The notes beneath the pieces were generated by a model. The model saw only the letters and a program-made list of their open reading frames with translations. It was not told the DNA's origin and did no database searches. The position numbers and the translations under genes were made by a program. Shown piece after piece: positions 25,382 to 39,685 of a stretch of 64,000 nt of DNA (position 1 is its first letter; the number at the start of each line of letters is the position of its first letter). Source of the DNA: Bugula neritina (taxonomy: Eukaryota; Animalia; Bryozoa); assembly GCA_964035545.1 (NCBI GenBank), contig OZ037772.1, forward strand, positions 7,982,889-8,046,888, in the 5' to 3' direction.

Positions 25382-26493
25382 TGACCTCAAAAGTTGATAA
25401 AAGAAACTATTTCTTGTCATTATAAGTTTATGTGCACCTAAAAATCTTCCCACTATCTAATTATAGCACTCAACATTTTCAACTCTATTTATGTAATTTG
25501 TTCTACTAAAATGTTTGCTCTTGTTCCATTTTGTTCCAAAGATGTTATAGAAATCATTTATCGTTGAAACTATAGTTGCTTTGAAAGATGACAATTGTAT
25601 TGCATTATCAACCTATTTTCTTGTGATGTAATAAAAAATAATAACTTCAGCAAAACCATTTTTTCATCTGGCTAAAAAAAATCCACTACTATAAATTTAG
25701 GTTCCAGTTTTTATAGTAGCATATTATATAAAATTATACTAGTTGGGAATTGTACGCAATATAGGATTGTGAGTAATAGTTTTAGATCAGCTAAAGATAA
25801 AAAACTCACTTTCTAAATACTTTATTTTCTTTCTAATTTTATTCTACTGTTTGACTTTAAATTTAATGTTGTCCTAAGCATTGGCTACTCAAAAGGGGGT
25901 AGAGAATCGCCCTATAATCAAGATTAGCATTCAGTTTTATATATAAGTACTTATAACTGCAAGAAATAGTAATATTAGACTGAAGGTTTTATATAGATAG
26001 TTCATTGCAATAATTTACAGTTATATTTTTTTTGAGCCAAATAAAATTATTTCAGGTATAAAAACTGTTTTAACAAAATACTTTAGTTTGTTTTAAAACA
26101 AACTCTGCAGTTGCATTGTCATAATAGTGAGTTTTCAATCAACCAATTCCTATGTCAACATATAGTTATAATAAAATTTGGTGTAATTTTTCACTTAAAT
26201 GTCAGTCTAGGTTATATTAAAACTTGTCAATTACTTTTCAAAAACTATCAACGGTTTTTTTTACGATAAAGAACTTTTTATAGTAATCTAATAAAATCTA
26301 TAGAAAGCTATAAGATAACAATTGGAAAAGCATATTAATTAGTTTTTGAACAGCTATAATTAAAGCTATCAAAAAGTGCATTATTACAAAGCCCACTCGG
26401 CTTTTTCTCCTGCATATGCCAGTTGCCTTCAAAAGTCTTTCGTTGCATATGAAAGTCTAGTGAACTTCGTATGTTTTTAACCTAAAACACAAC

Positions 26494-29400
26494 ATGTCTG
26501 ACAGTGAAACCTCTATCTCTGCATCAGATGCATATGAAGTAGATGTCCTTGTATATTTTGCTGTAACTGAAAGGTAAAGAAACTTTATTAACTCTTTTTT
26601 TGTGAAATAAAACACTATTTATTTATGTTACTGTTTTATTTAAATACTACTTATATATATAAAACACTGTATTCATTTATGCTACTGTTTTATTTAAATA
26701 CTATTTATATATATATATTTTTTGTTTATACTAGTACATACTACATTCTTAAATAATTCTTTTGATTAAAAGCTATTTATAGTTTGTAGTAAAATCTGGA
26801 ACTATTATTCACCTTGTCTATTGTCTTTTATTGAAAAGCTACAAAAAGCTGGTTTCATTTTTTACAAACATTTTGAGCTAGATAGAATATTTTTTGGGAC
26901 AAAATTTTTGGTGTAGTTGCTGTAATAGAAGAATTAAAAAAGCCTGTGTTCTAGATAAAAAATGGAACGAAATGGTTTAGAAATTGAACAACTTGGTTTC
27001 TTGAACCTTTCCCACTCATTTTTCTATTGCAACAGCTAGATGTTTCAAATAATGTTTTTTTGCAGCTTTGGGAAGCATGTGGAGCAGAACATCAAACAAG
27101 CTTTCCTTGACAGAGTAGAAGATTACTCAGACAAGAGCAAAACTCCTATAATTGAGTTTCTAAAGAATTATTGTGAGTTTCAATTGAGCAACATTGTGTG
27201 TCTGTTATGTAATAGGTGTTATGTAGCTTTTGAAATGGGTGTTGAAGTGGAAAAACTAGAAAAATCCTGTGGTCTAAATAACAGAAAAAAATAATTTTTT
27301 TAAAAGACTATTTTACCAAACAGTCATAAAAAAGGTTAAAACTTCGCTTAATGAGTTTTTCCATTATGATACATTAAAATAATTTTTTTTTGTTCATTAA
27401 TTAATGAAAAACAAATTTTATGGAAGCTGTGATTTTAATAATTTTTATATGTTAATAAAAATGTAGGAGGTATCAGTATTTCATGGAAACAAAAACGTAG
27501 TAACTTTTAGCCTCAATACCATGCTAGGTTAATAGCAAACCTGTAATTAATGTTAGTTTCTTCAGCCCTGCATCAATTTTCAATAAACAAAATATATATA
27601 GTAATGTTTTATAATTGCATAATATTACCCTAAATTATATTGTATCGCAATGTTCTATTGAACTGAACTGCACTATATAGCATTATCCTATAACATATTA
27701 TAATATAATATTACATCATATTGTACATCGTAAATAATTTCCACAGTACTATTATTTTTAATGTATTATATTGTCATAAAATTTATTGTATTGCAAATAC
27801 AGATTATATTGAACTGCATCCTATGATATATACTATTATATACCATAATATACTATTATAGTACCATAATGTAAATTACAATGTTATTACAATACATTGC
27901 ACCTTACACTGTTACTGTCTGACATAATTGAAATCTTTATAAAGCTGTTTTACATATTTATAGTGAGTCATATTCGAACAAAGACTTTTTACAAACATCT
28001 GTGGCTCCGGTTCAACCGGGAGTTGCCTACCCTCATAGATGTCCACCAAGTGAAGCCTGATCTCTCTTGCCTCCTCCTTGACTCTTTCTATAGCTATAGA
28101 GTTGGTCGACTCACAGATGACTCTTTGCTCATGGTAAAAAGCTTTCCACTATACTGTCTATACTATACTGTCTATACTATACTGTCTATACTATACTGTT
28201 TATACTATACTCTACTGTATAGCGTGACTGTATATATTATACTTTAGTGTGACTGTATATACTATACTGTAGTGTGACTGTATATACTCTACTGTAGTGT
28301 GACTGTATATACTATACTGTAGTGCGACTAAATATACTATGTACTACACCAGGGGTGGGCCACCTGTAGTCGTTTGCCCATTATTTCAATGGCCTTTTAA
28401 ATGCTAAAGATAAATGGAAACTGTGATATTATGCATTCTGATTAGCATAGTATAGCGTTGGTTGCAAATTACTTTATTATAATAAAATTTAATATGTGTA
28501 CAATCATGTGGCTCTTTGTTTTGGCTTACTTCTGAACTTGGCCCTTATGCAAAGAAAGTTACCCACCCCTGTACTATACCATACTATAGTGTGACACTTT
28601 TCTTTATGCATATATATTCCCACATTCAATGTCTATAGTATGCACTGAGTATATATATGGTGATACTCAACCAAACTTTTGATCTCTTGTATTCCAGGCT
28701 CTGGCTGTAGCTGGAGACATGGTAAACAAGTTTCTTGTCTGTAGAATGGTAGAAAAAGCAGTTGCATCTCAAGAGGAAGTGACTGATTTTCTAACAAAGT
28801 GCAGCGAAAGATCATTTTCCAATCAAATTGTAAGTTTTTTGCTTTGTTTGCAAAATAGCTCTGAAGTCTTTGCCGAAAATAGTTGTAGTTCTTATTTATT
28901 GGGTGAGTGTAGAAAAAATGGTTTCAACAGAAAAGATCTGATTGTAGATAGTATTTGAAATCAAAGAAATTATCCACTATGTTGAACAATGTTTATAGAT
29001 GTTAATCAAAACTTTGTTCTAGTAAATAGAAGCAGAACATGGATAATAATTTGTAAAGGCAACTAGCGTTCTTAGTCAGTAGCTGGATTTGATAATAAAC
29101 ATCATCAAATGATTCGGTATTATATATTTAATGCATTATGTATTTATTGTATAGTAATTTATTGTGTGTCTAACTCTGCATTTGACGTATCAAATTGTTG
29201 TAGAGAGAAATTGAGAAAACAGCGGAAACTTTCTTGAAAGAGGATCACATTGTAAACATGATAGACAGTGTAGACACTCGACAGCTGCCTGAGCCTATCG
29301 AGTCAATCCGGAAAAACTTGAAGCATAAATCAGACAGTCTTGGCAACCTAAACAAAGCTTCGGCTTCAGGCAGAGAATATGTTGTAAAAGCTCAGTCTGC

Positions 29401-30862
29401 TGCAGCGCTGAAATCCAACAGACAAAGAAATGCTCAGAATATTAATGAGATGAGTCGTGTCCTCCAGTCTAGGTTAAGAATGGTACGCGAGGAGAACAGA
29501 GACGGAAGTCAAGCAGAAAGGAGAACAAACCCAGAGGGAGATCATAACAGATTTGTTGCTCTTGTGAATCGGCTCAGAGATTCTAATCAACAGGAATCTT
29601 TAAGAGAGCTTTTACGTCGAGCCGAAATGGTGGAGGCTCAATTGTCGAGTGACAACAGCGAAACGGCAGTGGTTTCACCAGTAGAATCTAGTCCAGTTTT
29701 GTCTCTTCTTGATTCAGCAAAACATAGCAAAAACTCATCAGTTTCCAGCTCTTTGGAGACTTTGGCCAGCAATGAGACAGACGATCAGAACAAACCGGAT
29801 CCATTTTTTTTGCCTCGAGAAAATGATATTGAATTAGATAGGTCAATCATATTTCATAAAGCGGCTGAAGCTTTCAGCCAAAGCGTTGCAGTTTCGATTC
29901 CTAATTCTCAAAACCCTGAAAAGAAATTGGATAGTCAAAATAGCTCAAGGAGAAAGCAAGTTTCTTCAGTACCAACTGATGATTCAGTTAGTAAAGTTTC
30001 TACTCCTGATTTGGATGAAAGACAAAGCAACAAGCTACCTACCATTTCCAGCTTTATAAAACGAAGCAATGACAAAGAAATAGGTTGTTCAAATAGCCTC
30101 TCTGAAAAATCTAAAGATTTAAGCCAAAATATTGCAGCTTCTATTTCTGATTCTGAAGAGCCTGGAGAAAAATCACGTAGCTCAAGGCGAAAGCAAGTTT
30201 TTTCAGTTCGAGTTGATGATTCAGCTAGTAAAGTGTATACTTATGACTATGATAAAAAACACAGCAATGAGTTGCCTTCTCTTTCAAGTTTCAGAAAGCG
30301 AAGTTATCCAGCATCTCCCCCCAGTACACCCAGTCAACAAAGTGAGCGGCGAGTTGAGTTGAACCAATTTCCATACCTTTGGCAGATTGCAACTGCCGGC
30401 ACTGCCTTTGCTTATGAGCATGAATCTGAGGTAGCAGAAACCAGCTCAGTTCAAAGGCTTCATATTGATGATAAGACAGCTACATCTGGAACATCAATGG
30501 GTCAACAAGAATCCATTAGTTCACAGAGTAGGCAGGTTTCTACCACAGGCTCTGACTATCAATTTTCTATACAAAAACAGGCATCAAGGGCAAACAGACC
30601 TGAGGCTTTCAGGCCTGATGAGAATGAAAATAAAGTTGCAGTTATAAAGTCAAAAGCAGATGAGGCTCATTCAAGAGAAATGCTTTCCCGCTCAAGTAGA
30701 GCTACTTCCTCTCGTGCAGACATTAAAAGTAACAGCACAGATCCAAACAGATTACAATCAGAACAGGGGGAACTGTCTAACTTAGACGTTTCTGAAATAC
30801 AAGCAAATGTAAATGAAGAAGTTTATAAAAAATTAGAGGGTACATTTTTCAAGCGTATTTAA
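26494..30862 (+). CDS. Gene C: single Bcl-2-like domain + ~550 aa disordered region (~715 aa); may splice into gene D
   Basis: join 26494-26573, 27066-27172, 27964-28133, 28698-28829, 29204-30862. Exon sizes 107/170/132 and phases match A/B. BH1-like RLTDDSLLM|ALAVAGDMV. Confidence 0.75.
28150..28340. repeat. Degenerate TATAC(TG) tandem repeat
   Basis: Direct observation. Confidence 0.75.
28350..28571. mobile_element. hAT-type MITE
   Basis: TIRs CAGGGGTGGG/CCCACCCCTG, flanked by a near-perfect 8-bp TSD TACTACAC/TACTATAC. Confidence 0.8.
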
Positions 30863-31431
30863 AATCCATGGCACAAAACATTTGACTCACCTTTTTATTT
30901 TTTTTAATTTTTTATTTGTGACCCAGATGCTAAAATTCTCTGCATAAATAAGTACTGCCAATTCAGATCATATGTTTATACTGGTTACTGAGTTTTAGTA
31001 TTAGCCATGGACTTTTTTATGCTTTAATTTTATTCACCCTCTGTCACGTAGAATTTCAAATTATTAATATTAAGAACACTAACATACCTTTTTAAAGCAT
31101 TGTGTAATACCCTTACTTCAAAGTTTTGAAATAAACGCATTTTATTAACCCAATTTACGTTATTACTTATGTTGACTAAAAGAGTCTGGAAAAGTTTCAG
31201 ATTTTACAATTTTTAGTTCAATTCACATATTCAGCATTTTGCAGAATACTTGACATACTGAAGATTCCTCTGCTTTTTTGCAACAGTATTACAGTTGCCA
31301 TGACAACTGTTGAGATATCAAATTATGCTTGCAATGCTCTGCTTAATTTTTAAGTAGATGGTTTCAATTCCTCTAATAAAAGAATTAGGCAAGAAAATAT
31401 TTGCAGGTTTTGAGTAGGAGCTGGTCTCAAA

Positions 31432-34400
31432 ATGGCGGGGCAGAATCCAATCCCAACTTATAACATTTCTCTCTCCATCATTAATGACATTCGACTAAAG
31501 GAAGTTGGTTTTACACCTTATTCTGGACCCGCTACAATCAGTGATATAGTAATCTCTTATGTTAGAGACCAGTAAGTATGTCTGCCCGCCTCATTTTTGT
31601 CATGTCTTGCTTTTACTAAATGTATCCGCATTAACCAGCTAATATCCTTTTATAAAAGTATTTTGTTCAACATCATTGCTCCGTGCACACTTTCAAAATT
31701 TAGCACCAAAGGTTTGTAAATGTCAAAGCATTTTTGGAGTTCTTCAAAAACGAAATACTCTTACATACCTAGTTTGATAAAAAAAAAGTGTACTGCTTTA
31801 TTCATTTTTTTTTAAAAAACATCTTATTTAAAAAGATTAAGGACTCAGAATGTTGCTCTTCATATTAGAAAGTTGTTTCAATTTATCAACATACTGTAGT
31901 TTTTTCAAGTTTAGGTCAAACCATTTTAATTTTGATGAAAAGTCTACAAATAAATCGAATGATTTCACTTGGGTAACATGCTAAAGTATCTTTTTTTCTG
32001 TATATATGTATCATAATTATTTTCTTAAGCAGCGTCTTGCATAAAAAAACTGTCTTAGCTAGTAAGTCATACTCAACGTTTTGTTATCTTAAACAGTTTT
32101 GCCATCATTTTAATTAGATAGCTTGAAAACTGAATTTCCTCTTTTGAATCTTAAAATCAAATCGCTATTTCAAACTGAAACTTCTTTTATTGCATTTTTA
32201 TTTACAGTGCTTCGCTCATAATTAGTAGCAAACTAAGAAATGAAATTGCCAGATGTTTGCCGCACCACCAGCGTCTTTGGAAGACGCCTCATGGTGTATG
32301 CTTGACTGATTATGGTAATTAAATACACAATAATGAAAATTGCATTCGCTACTTCCTGTAGATTGTTATTTAATTTTGTGTCAACAACTTTTTGGCTACA
32401 GACAAAAAAATATCATGTTTTTTTATTTAGCTTTAAATACAATTTCTACATAATATGGTCTTTTAAATGCTTTTTTATTTATTAAAAAATATCCCATCAA
32501 ATAGTTTTAATCATAACAAAGCTGAAAAGAATGTTTTTTTTGAAAAAAAATTTTTGATTACTATAACCAGCCCTGATTGGCTTTCTGTCTATATATTTTT
32601 GAAAAGGTGAAAGACTAAGATCTGAAGAGAAGTATCAATATATAGCTGGAACGATACTGGACCAGTTCTTTAAAGAGGTTGCAGCTGGGAAGGAGTCTGA
32701 GGAAGTGTATAAACTGATAATGAGAATGTTCTTTTACCCAAACGGAATAAACACAGTCTCAGATGACAGAATTATGATGGTTAGTGTGATGATTATAAGA
32801 TAATGAAGCTGAATTCAAAAGCAAATAAAAAGTGAAATTGTATATTATTGAGGTCATTAGATGAAAGTTCAAGGTCTGTTAGAAAACTTAAATTGCAGAG
32901 CTGTTCAACAGGCGTCCCCAGCCTACATTTATGTGGCAGTACACAAAAGCAGGAAAAATATAATTTTTTTACACACATTTATAAATTAGAGGGAAAACAC
33001 TACCTTTTAAATGTCTTGTTTATACACATGTTGCATAACATGCAACCTGCATTAATTATCGTCTCTCCATTATGTAATTTAGGAAAATTTAATTTGAAAA
33101 TTACTGATGCTGTGGCACCCAGCTCAAGCTAAATTTTACAATGTGGCTCTTGCTAAGAAAAATCCCACTTCAGTGGCTCTTGCCCTGAAAATTTTGGACA
33201 CTCCTTGCTTAAAGCATGATAGCTTAAAGCTTTATTAAAAGCTATTTTAAAAAATGTGGGAGGCTTAAAGGGTTGAGTAACTATTCTAGAGAGAAAGTTT
33301 GCTTTTGCTGCTAGTAAGTCTCAAATGCTTTTGTTACTAACAGTCATTGAAATGTGCTGAAAGGTTTGATACAAAGTACTTGCCTTGTGCATGTCACATT
33401 TTAACAGAGCTTAGTGGCTAGTATTGACAAGTAGTTGCCGTCACACTATGTGTTTCAATTAGATTCATTTCAGGCTTCAAACAAGCATATTCAAACTTCA
33501 TCAAAGCTGTTAGCATGCTTAAAATAGTCATTGATGTGCAGAATGGAGATTTTTATTAGCCTGAGCTTTTAAGCTTATTATTAAATTTTGGTTTGAGGCG
33601 TCGGTTGAAATTCTCGCCAGAGTATAATTTCTTTTGCTTCAATAAAATCTAGAGCTGTAATTATAACAACTATTTTGTTTAGATGATTAGCACTACAACA
33701 GACATCTTCTCATCTTGCCTCAGCGATACTGAAGATTCTGAATCAGCTTGCCAGTTTGTCAAGTGGCTGATTGAACTTCTTGAAGAAGACAAACTTTATG
33801 TTCTTTCTAAAATTGTGAGTTTTGTAAGAATCTCTGCAGAACTTTATAGTCCGACACTTAAATAACTGAGAACTAACTAGTAATACCTAAAATAGTTCTG
33901 GTATTACAACATATATTATATTTGCAATTTATTTGAATATTATTGAAATATACGTATATTTAAATAAATTTAGATCAGTTGCTTGTTTTTTAGCACATCA
34001 ATTAATTCCTTTGATCTGCAATAATTTATTAATTTTGCATTTTCTATACTTCTCACTGTTTGAAAAGATAATATTTATTATTAATGTATTAGCGCTTTTC
34101 TGTCCCATACACATATCTGTGAAAATTGAAATATTATCCCAGATAGTTTCTATTAGCTATTATAGCTTTTAGTTATAGCTATTTAGCAATCAATGCAACA
34201 GTCATATGAGTATACATTATAGGTATATTATTGTATGTAATGGTATCAAAAAAAGAAACAGCATCTAACTGGGAAGTGTCTAAGTGGGAAATTTAACCTA
34301 ACGTCTATCTGGGATGAAACCCTTTTCTGTTCCATCATTGCCTATTTTTATTGTTACTTTTGTAGGAGTTAACTACATATTATCTGCTAGTTATATTAGA

Positions 34401-37400
34401 CTAAGGATCATTGCTTCTGTACAAAAGTCATTGGCTAATTTTATTCTCGCCTATTTTTACCTATCTCCCTCCGCTTTGTCCTGTTTGGGTAGCGAGATTG
34501 GCTATTTTTGTTGTTGTAGGATAACTGGTTGGTTCAATACGACGCTCTTATTATGAAAAACAGAAAGTGCGATATCATAAGCAACAATGAGCTAATATGC
34601 ACTTCCTCCAGTAAACCTTTGCTGCAAGTTTCTCTAGTCAAAACAATTGCTATAAAGCAGAGGTTAGATCCTGGGTTCAGGCCACGTGGTGCTAGACCAG
34701 GTCGGCAAATTGAAATACCTTCTTCAGTAGATTTAGGCTCTCGTTTATACCCCACATCTTCAGTTGCTTCTACTTCAAACAAAGATGGTTCACTTTTCAA
34801 AGTAGCACCACTACCTAATAGATTACCAACATACTCCAACACACTTCCTACTCACCATTCTTTGTCACAAAAACCACAGTGTTCAAAGCTGGTTCTTGAT
34901 CCATACATCCAACAGGCATCGACGGCAGATTCACATTTTAGTTCTTACATTCCCGGTGGGGTTGGCTTGTCTGCCAGCCCTTATGTCTACAATGCGCTTA
35001 TGGCACCACCCAATAGCTCATATGTTGGAAGTACATTGTCGATGCCTCCTTCTGATAATACCAAGTCCGCTGAAGATATGATGACAGCCGAATCTGTTTT
35101 TGGTGACGAGGAATCTTTGTTCTCTGTGACGGAAGGTACAGAAGTGACACTAGAAGATCACTCTTCTGTGACTGACTCACAATCTGAAGACTCCGAGATT
35201 GAGTCAGGAAGTGACTCGGTGTTTGAAGATTCATGTCCAACGACTTTTCAGCCATCTAAGAAGTTAACGGAAACTCAAGTAGCTGTTCATTCCTATATGA
35301 TGGCCAGGTAATATTTAGACTGTACTATTTCCTGTTGATAAGTAGTATCTTCACTTTTAGATGTTTAGTCTGTGGTTTTGATAAATTTATGTTAGTCTGC
35401 TCAACAGCTGACAAAAAACTTAATAAAACTTAGTTTTGCTTTTTATCAATATAAATTTTTTAAATTCAATCAACACAATATCAATAATAATTAATAATTA
35501 AAATTAATAAATTATTAGTTTAATAATTATCTGTATTCTGAAAACATTTTTCAACAAAAGTCACAAATATATGAGTGTTCACTGGCTTTCAGCTGGGAAA
35601 ACACAATTACTCTGCTGTTTGTTTTGTAGAGTTGAGCCTTTGAGAACTGGAGTTGATTTATCAAATCAATTTTTCAGTAAAGATCCACTTGGCATAGCCA
35701 TGAAGAATATTGGTAAGTTTTTAAATGTTTTACTATTCTCTCAGTATGCTGAAGTAAATTTAGAGTTTAAACTTTAGATAGTTTGTTACATGTGATGTTA
35801 AAAAGCAAAATTAACAAACATTATTTTAAAATGTTTGAGTATCCAGAAAAATACCTGTATATAGCAGCGTTGCAGTAAAACTCACTCAAGGAAGTTTATA
35901 GTTGCCACCCCTCCTGAGAAAACCCCTGATGGAAAAGTTTGTTTTGTTAAATCGGGCTAAGGAATTTTTCAGATGGGGCACATCACAGGAGCAGCATTAC
36001 AATAATATGAAGGAGCATAGGGCAGAGATAGCTTTTTACAACACATACTTTAAATGATATTTTCTTTTATATAATCCAACAGATTTTTGACTTTTTTTCA
36101 ACTTTGCTCAAGCCTACCTATCATAGCTAGTATTTACACTGAATTTCACACCGTGTTTTCATGCATGTGATATGTAATAAACCAATCAATCAATCTATCT
36201 ATCAAATGCTTGATCAATCCATTGATGTTCTGATTAGGAGAGAGAGTTCAGAGGAATAGGAAGTATTGTCAGCTCGTGAGCAGGTTATCAAAGAGACTGA
36301 AGGCATCAGAAGACAAGGAGAGAGAATTGACCACCTTCCTTGAAATAATCTTAGCAGAGCTAGGACGAGACTATTATGTCGATCTTATTATGGCGGTTAG
36401 TCACTTACTGTAAATTTTACTGACCTTATAGCCATTTATCTTGTAGTAACTTACTTTATACTTACTTACTTTAGAGTTATACACGTTATTGTCACTTAGT
36501 TTCTAGCTATTTATCTATATAATAGCTATTAGTTTGTCTTCTATTTACTTACTTTATCATAGCTTACCTTTTAGTTATACATGTACTTATCTCATAGTTA
36601 CATACCTTATACTTTATTACCTTATAGCCACCTATCTTGTAGTCCCATTTAGTCATTAGCTTAACTTAGAGTCATTTATTCCAATTTACCTTATTTGTGT
36701 TATAATAGTGGCATTATTATGTTAGATTAATGTTTTGCATTTTCTGCTTTTTAAATTTCTTACTTTAGTTTTATTTAAAGTTTAACCACCAATAATACTA
36801 TAAGATTTTAAAGCCATGAGAATTTTAGAAAAACAAAATGCATGTAAATACCAAATAATGCAAATATAAATACTATTTTAATATAATCAAAATGATAAAA
36901 TTTGTGCGTAAATAATTTGCCAGAAATTGCTTCATGCAGCTGTGCAAGTAAAATTAGTCTTTTTGTGATCATCATAACTAATAAGAACTCATTTAAAGTG
37001 GATATCTTCTTGAATTATAAAGTAGTTCATCTTTTCTAGATTGGTAATTAAGTTATGATTGTCATAACAAATAATATGGTTAAGGTTATAGCTTATTATA
37101 CAATGCAAATATGACTTCAGCACAATGTTGTGTTCTGTTTGTTCAGTGTATAGTCTTCACCAGTGATCTGATCTACGAGGCGATGTCTTTAGGGAACGTT
37201 CATCAAGCTATCGCATTAGAAGAAGCATGCACTAAGACTATTCAATCTTCCTATGGCAATGGTTTCCTCAATTGGATTTGGGTAAATATTCTTTAGTTTA
37301 CAAAACTTCAAACAAAAAAAGTTAAAACATGTTTTTAAACAGTTGGCTATTATTTTATGTTACAGTGTTACAGTGTAGCTGCTTAATTTTGTCAATATAA

Positions 37401-38386
37401 AGGAATAGTAAATTTGCATCAATTTTGCACAATGATAGTTTTTAACTTTAAATTTTGCTCTTGCAAATGTGCAAAATTTAAATAAAATGTTGATTATTTA
37501 GCACATGTGCAAAAATTCGAATTTCTAGTGTCAATTTTTTTTAAAATATAATTTTTGTTGCATGATGAATGTTGAAATACTTGAAAAAGTGTTGATAGCT
37601 CATGTCCTAGTTATTGTGTTTTCTCATCAACTTTTGTCGTTAAATTTTTAGAGAGCAATGAAAGCTGGATTGGACCCGTACAGTAATCCAAGGCAGTGTA
37701 ATTTGCCAGTGGGCAAACCCTCAGTGGAGGATTGTAGTAAAACAAACAGGCAACCATCTTCTGCGCTGAGCCCTGTTCATTGTAAACCTGGAACTAGACA
37801 AGTTACTTTGCCTGAAGAGCGTGCTCTCACTTATTGCTCACCACAGCAATCCACATCTCCTTCTAGGCCTGTAAGGGTGCCTACATCAGATGCTTGTTCA
37901 AAGCGAGCTTTATGTAGAGGTTCAAGAAGTCGTCCTCCATCGCCTCACTATTCTCCAGAGCGTCTGCCAAAACCAGTTCAGTCATCAAAACCCGTGCAAA
38001 GAGAATTAGCGCAATCACCACCAAAAGTGAAACAAACGATAGCTGAAAAAATTGCAGCCACGAGAAAGCCATCTAAGATCTTCAAAAAGAGGAAGTACTA
38101 TGACAAGCGCTGCCTAGAAGAAGATCATGATGAGATAGAGAAAGAGCTTCACGACATTAGTCATTGTGATTTGGGCAAGTTTTGTGGTGAAGACATTCTT
38201 GATTTGGAGCAACTCGTGAAAGCACTTGAGAAAACACACGGTGCCACACCGGTGCCAAGAAAGGACACGAGAGAATTGGATGAAAAGGTTTTAGACAGAG
38301 TTTCACGTTGGTTTGGAGTCAATCGAAGAGAACTTGGAGAGAATAGAGAAATGCTCAACTTTACATACTCTAACTGGACTTTTTAG
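31432..38386 (+). CDS. Gene D: tandem double Bcl-2-like-domain protein with long S/P-rich linker and tail, ~816 aa
   Basis: join 31432-31571, 32208-32314, 32607-32779, 33683-33814, 34520-35307, 35630-35712, 36238-36395, 37147-37281, 37652-38386. BH4-like SDIVISYV; BH3-like CLTDYGERL and AMKNIGERV; BH1-like MFFYPNGINTVSDDRIMM; FLNWIW| before the last intron. AATAAA at ~38601. Confidence 0.82.
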
Positions 38387-38859
38387 TCATGTTCTTGAAA
38401 ATTATACTCGTTCATTCTGCAATGTAAACTGGTTTCTTTCCTAGCAAAGCTCTTTATAAAAGCCAATTGTTTGCTGTTGCTTTTTGTATTGTGATGCCTG
38501 TTAACCCACAAATATGCTTGCTTATAGTGTATTTTTTTGGTGTAAAAGAATTTTTTTTTCACATAAAAAGACTTTTTATGTATATGTTATAAGTATCATC
38601 AATAAAGTAAGGAATATCAAAAATTGTATGTATTTTTGAATTCTATTCAGTGTTTAGAATTGGTTTGCATTCATTTGGCCCCAATGCCTTTTTATTGAAT
38701 AGAATTAAGACATTGAAAATAAAATGCTGTTTATGATTTACAAGAAAACTGCAATGCTTAAGTAAATACTTTCTACACACATAATTTTATGAATATATTT
38801 GCTATAACTGCTTACATATATAGTGATTAGTCACAAGTTCTTATAGTTACTAGTTATTA

Positions 38860-39203
38860 GCCTAGGGCCACACTGTGCATATTTTCGCATGCGAAAATTG
38901 AAATCACGAGTAGCAAAGGTGTCCACTGTACGCGTTGAGAAAACATTCGCACTTGTCGCTCAGCATTCTCAACGCAAGTGCGAATCGTCTCTGTCGTCGT
39001 CACCTACTTGGCTGGTAGTTATTCAGCCAGCCCAATTTCTTTATTTTAGTGCTAAATTCCAGTAAATTGCGTTTTATTGAAAGCGAGTGCGATTTAAAAA
39101 TGAAAGCTTTGTTTATCACACATCAATGACGCTACAGTGGACACCTTTGCTACTTGTGGTTTCAATTTCCGCATGCGAAAATACGCACAGTGTGGCCCTA
39201 GGC
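38860..39203. mobile_element. PIF/Harbinger-type MITE
   Basis: ~70-bp TIRs GCCTAGGGCCACACTGTGC../..GCACAGTGTGGCCCTAGGC with TTA on both flanks (3-bp TSD). Confidence 0.85.
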
Positions 39204-39601
39204 TTAATTGGTAGCTATTATTTAGTAGTTAGCGGTAATCAGTTGCCATTCACTCACAAAGTTGCTAGTTTGTTTTACTTTAATTTATTATTTTAACTGC
39301 TTGTTTAGTTACTAGTTACTTTCAGAATTACTAGTTAGATGTACTTTAATTGTAAGAAATAAGGTCAATAATATTTTGTGACCTATAAAGCTACCAAACC
39401 TTTAGACTCAAAGATAGCCAGCTTTAGACTATAGTTTTTATTTCAGTATTTACACACATTGCAAAAAATAAAGGAAGATTGAGAAAATGTTATTTTTTAA
39501 TCTTAACTTTTAGTTAGCAATGATTTTATAGCAATAAAACTGTAGTACATGTAAAAAGTAGCCTGGCTACTCAGTTGTACTTGATGTACATTGTAAAATA
39601 G

Positions 39602-39685
39602 TTTTGCCCCCACTGGGAATCAAACCCGAGTCCTCTGGCTTGCAAGCAAGTGTGCTACCATTACACCACGGAGGCTGCTGGGTAA
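39602..39685 (-). mobile_element. tRNA-derived short repeat (family 1)
   Basis: Minus strand reads TTACCCAGCAGCCTCCGTGGTGTAATGGTAGCAC..GGGTTTGATTCCCAGTGGGGGCA. Confidence 0.78.

Noticed and set aside
32908-33207. Second hAT-like MITE
   Set aside because: Termini (CAGGCGTCCCC../..GGACACTCC) are too degenerate and no TSD is identifiable.
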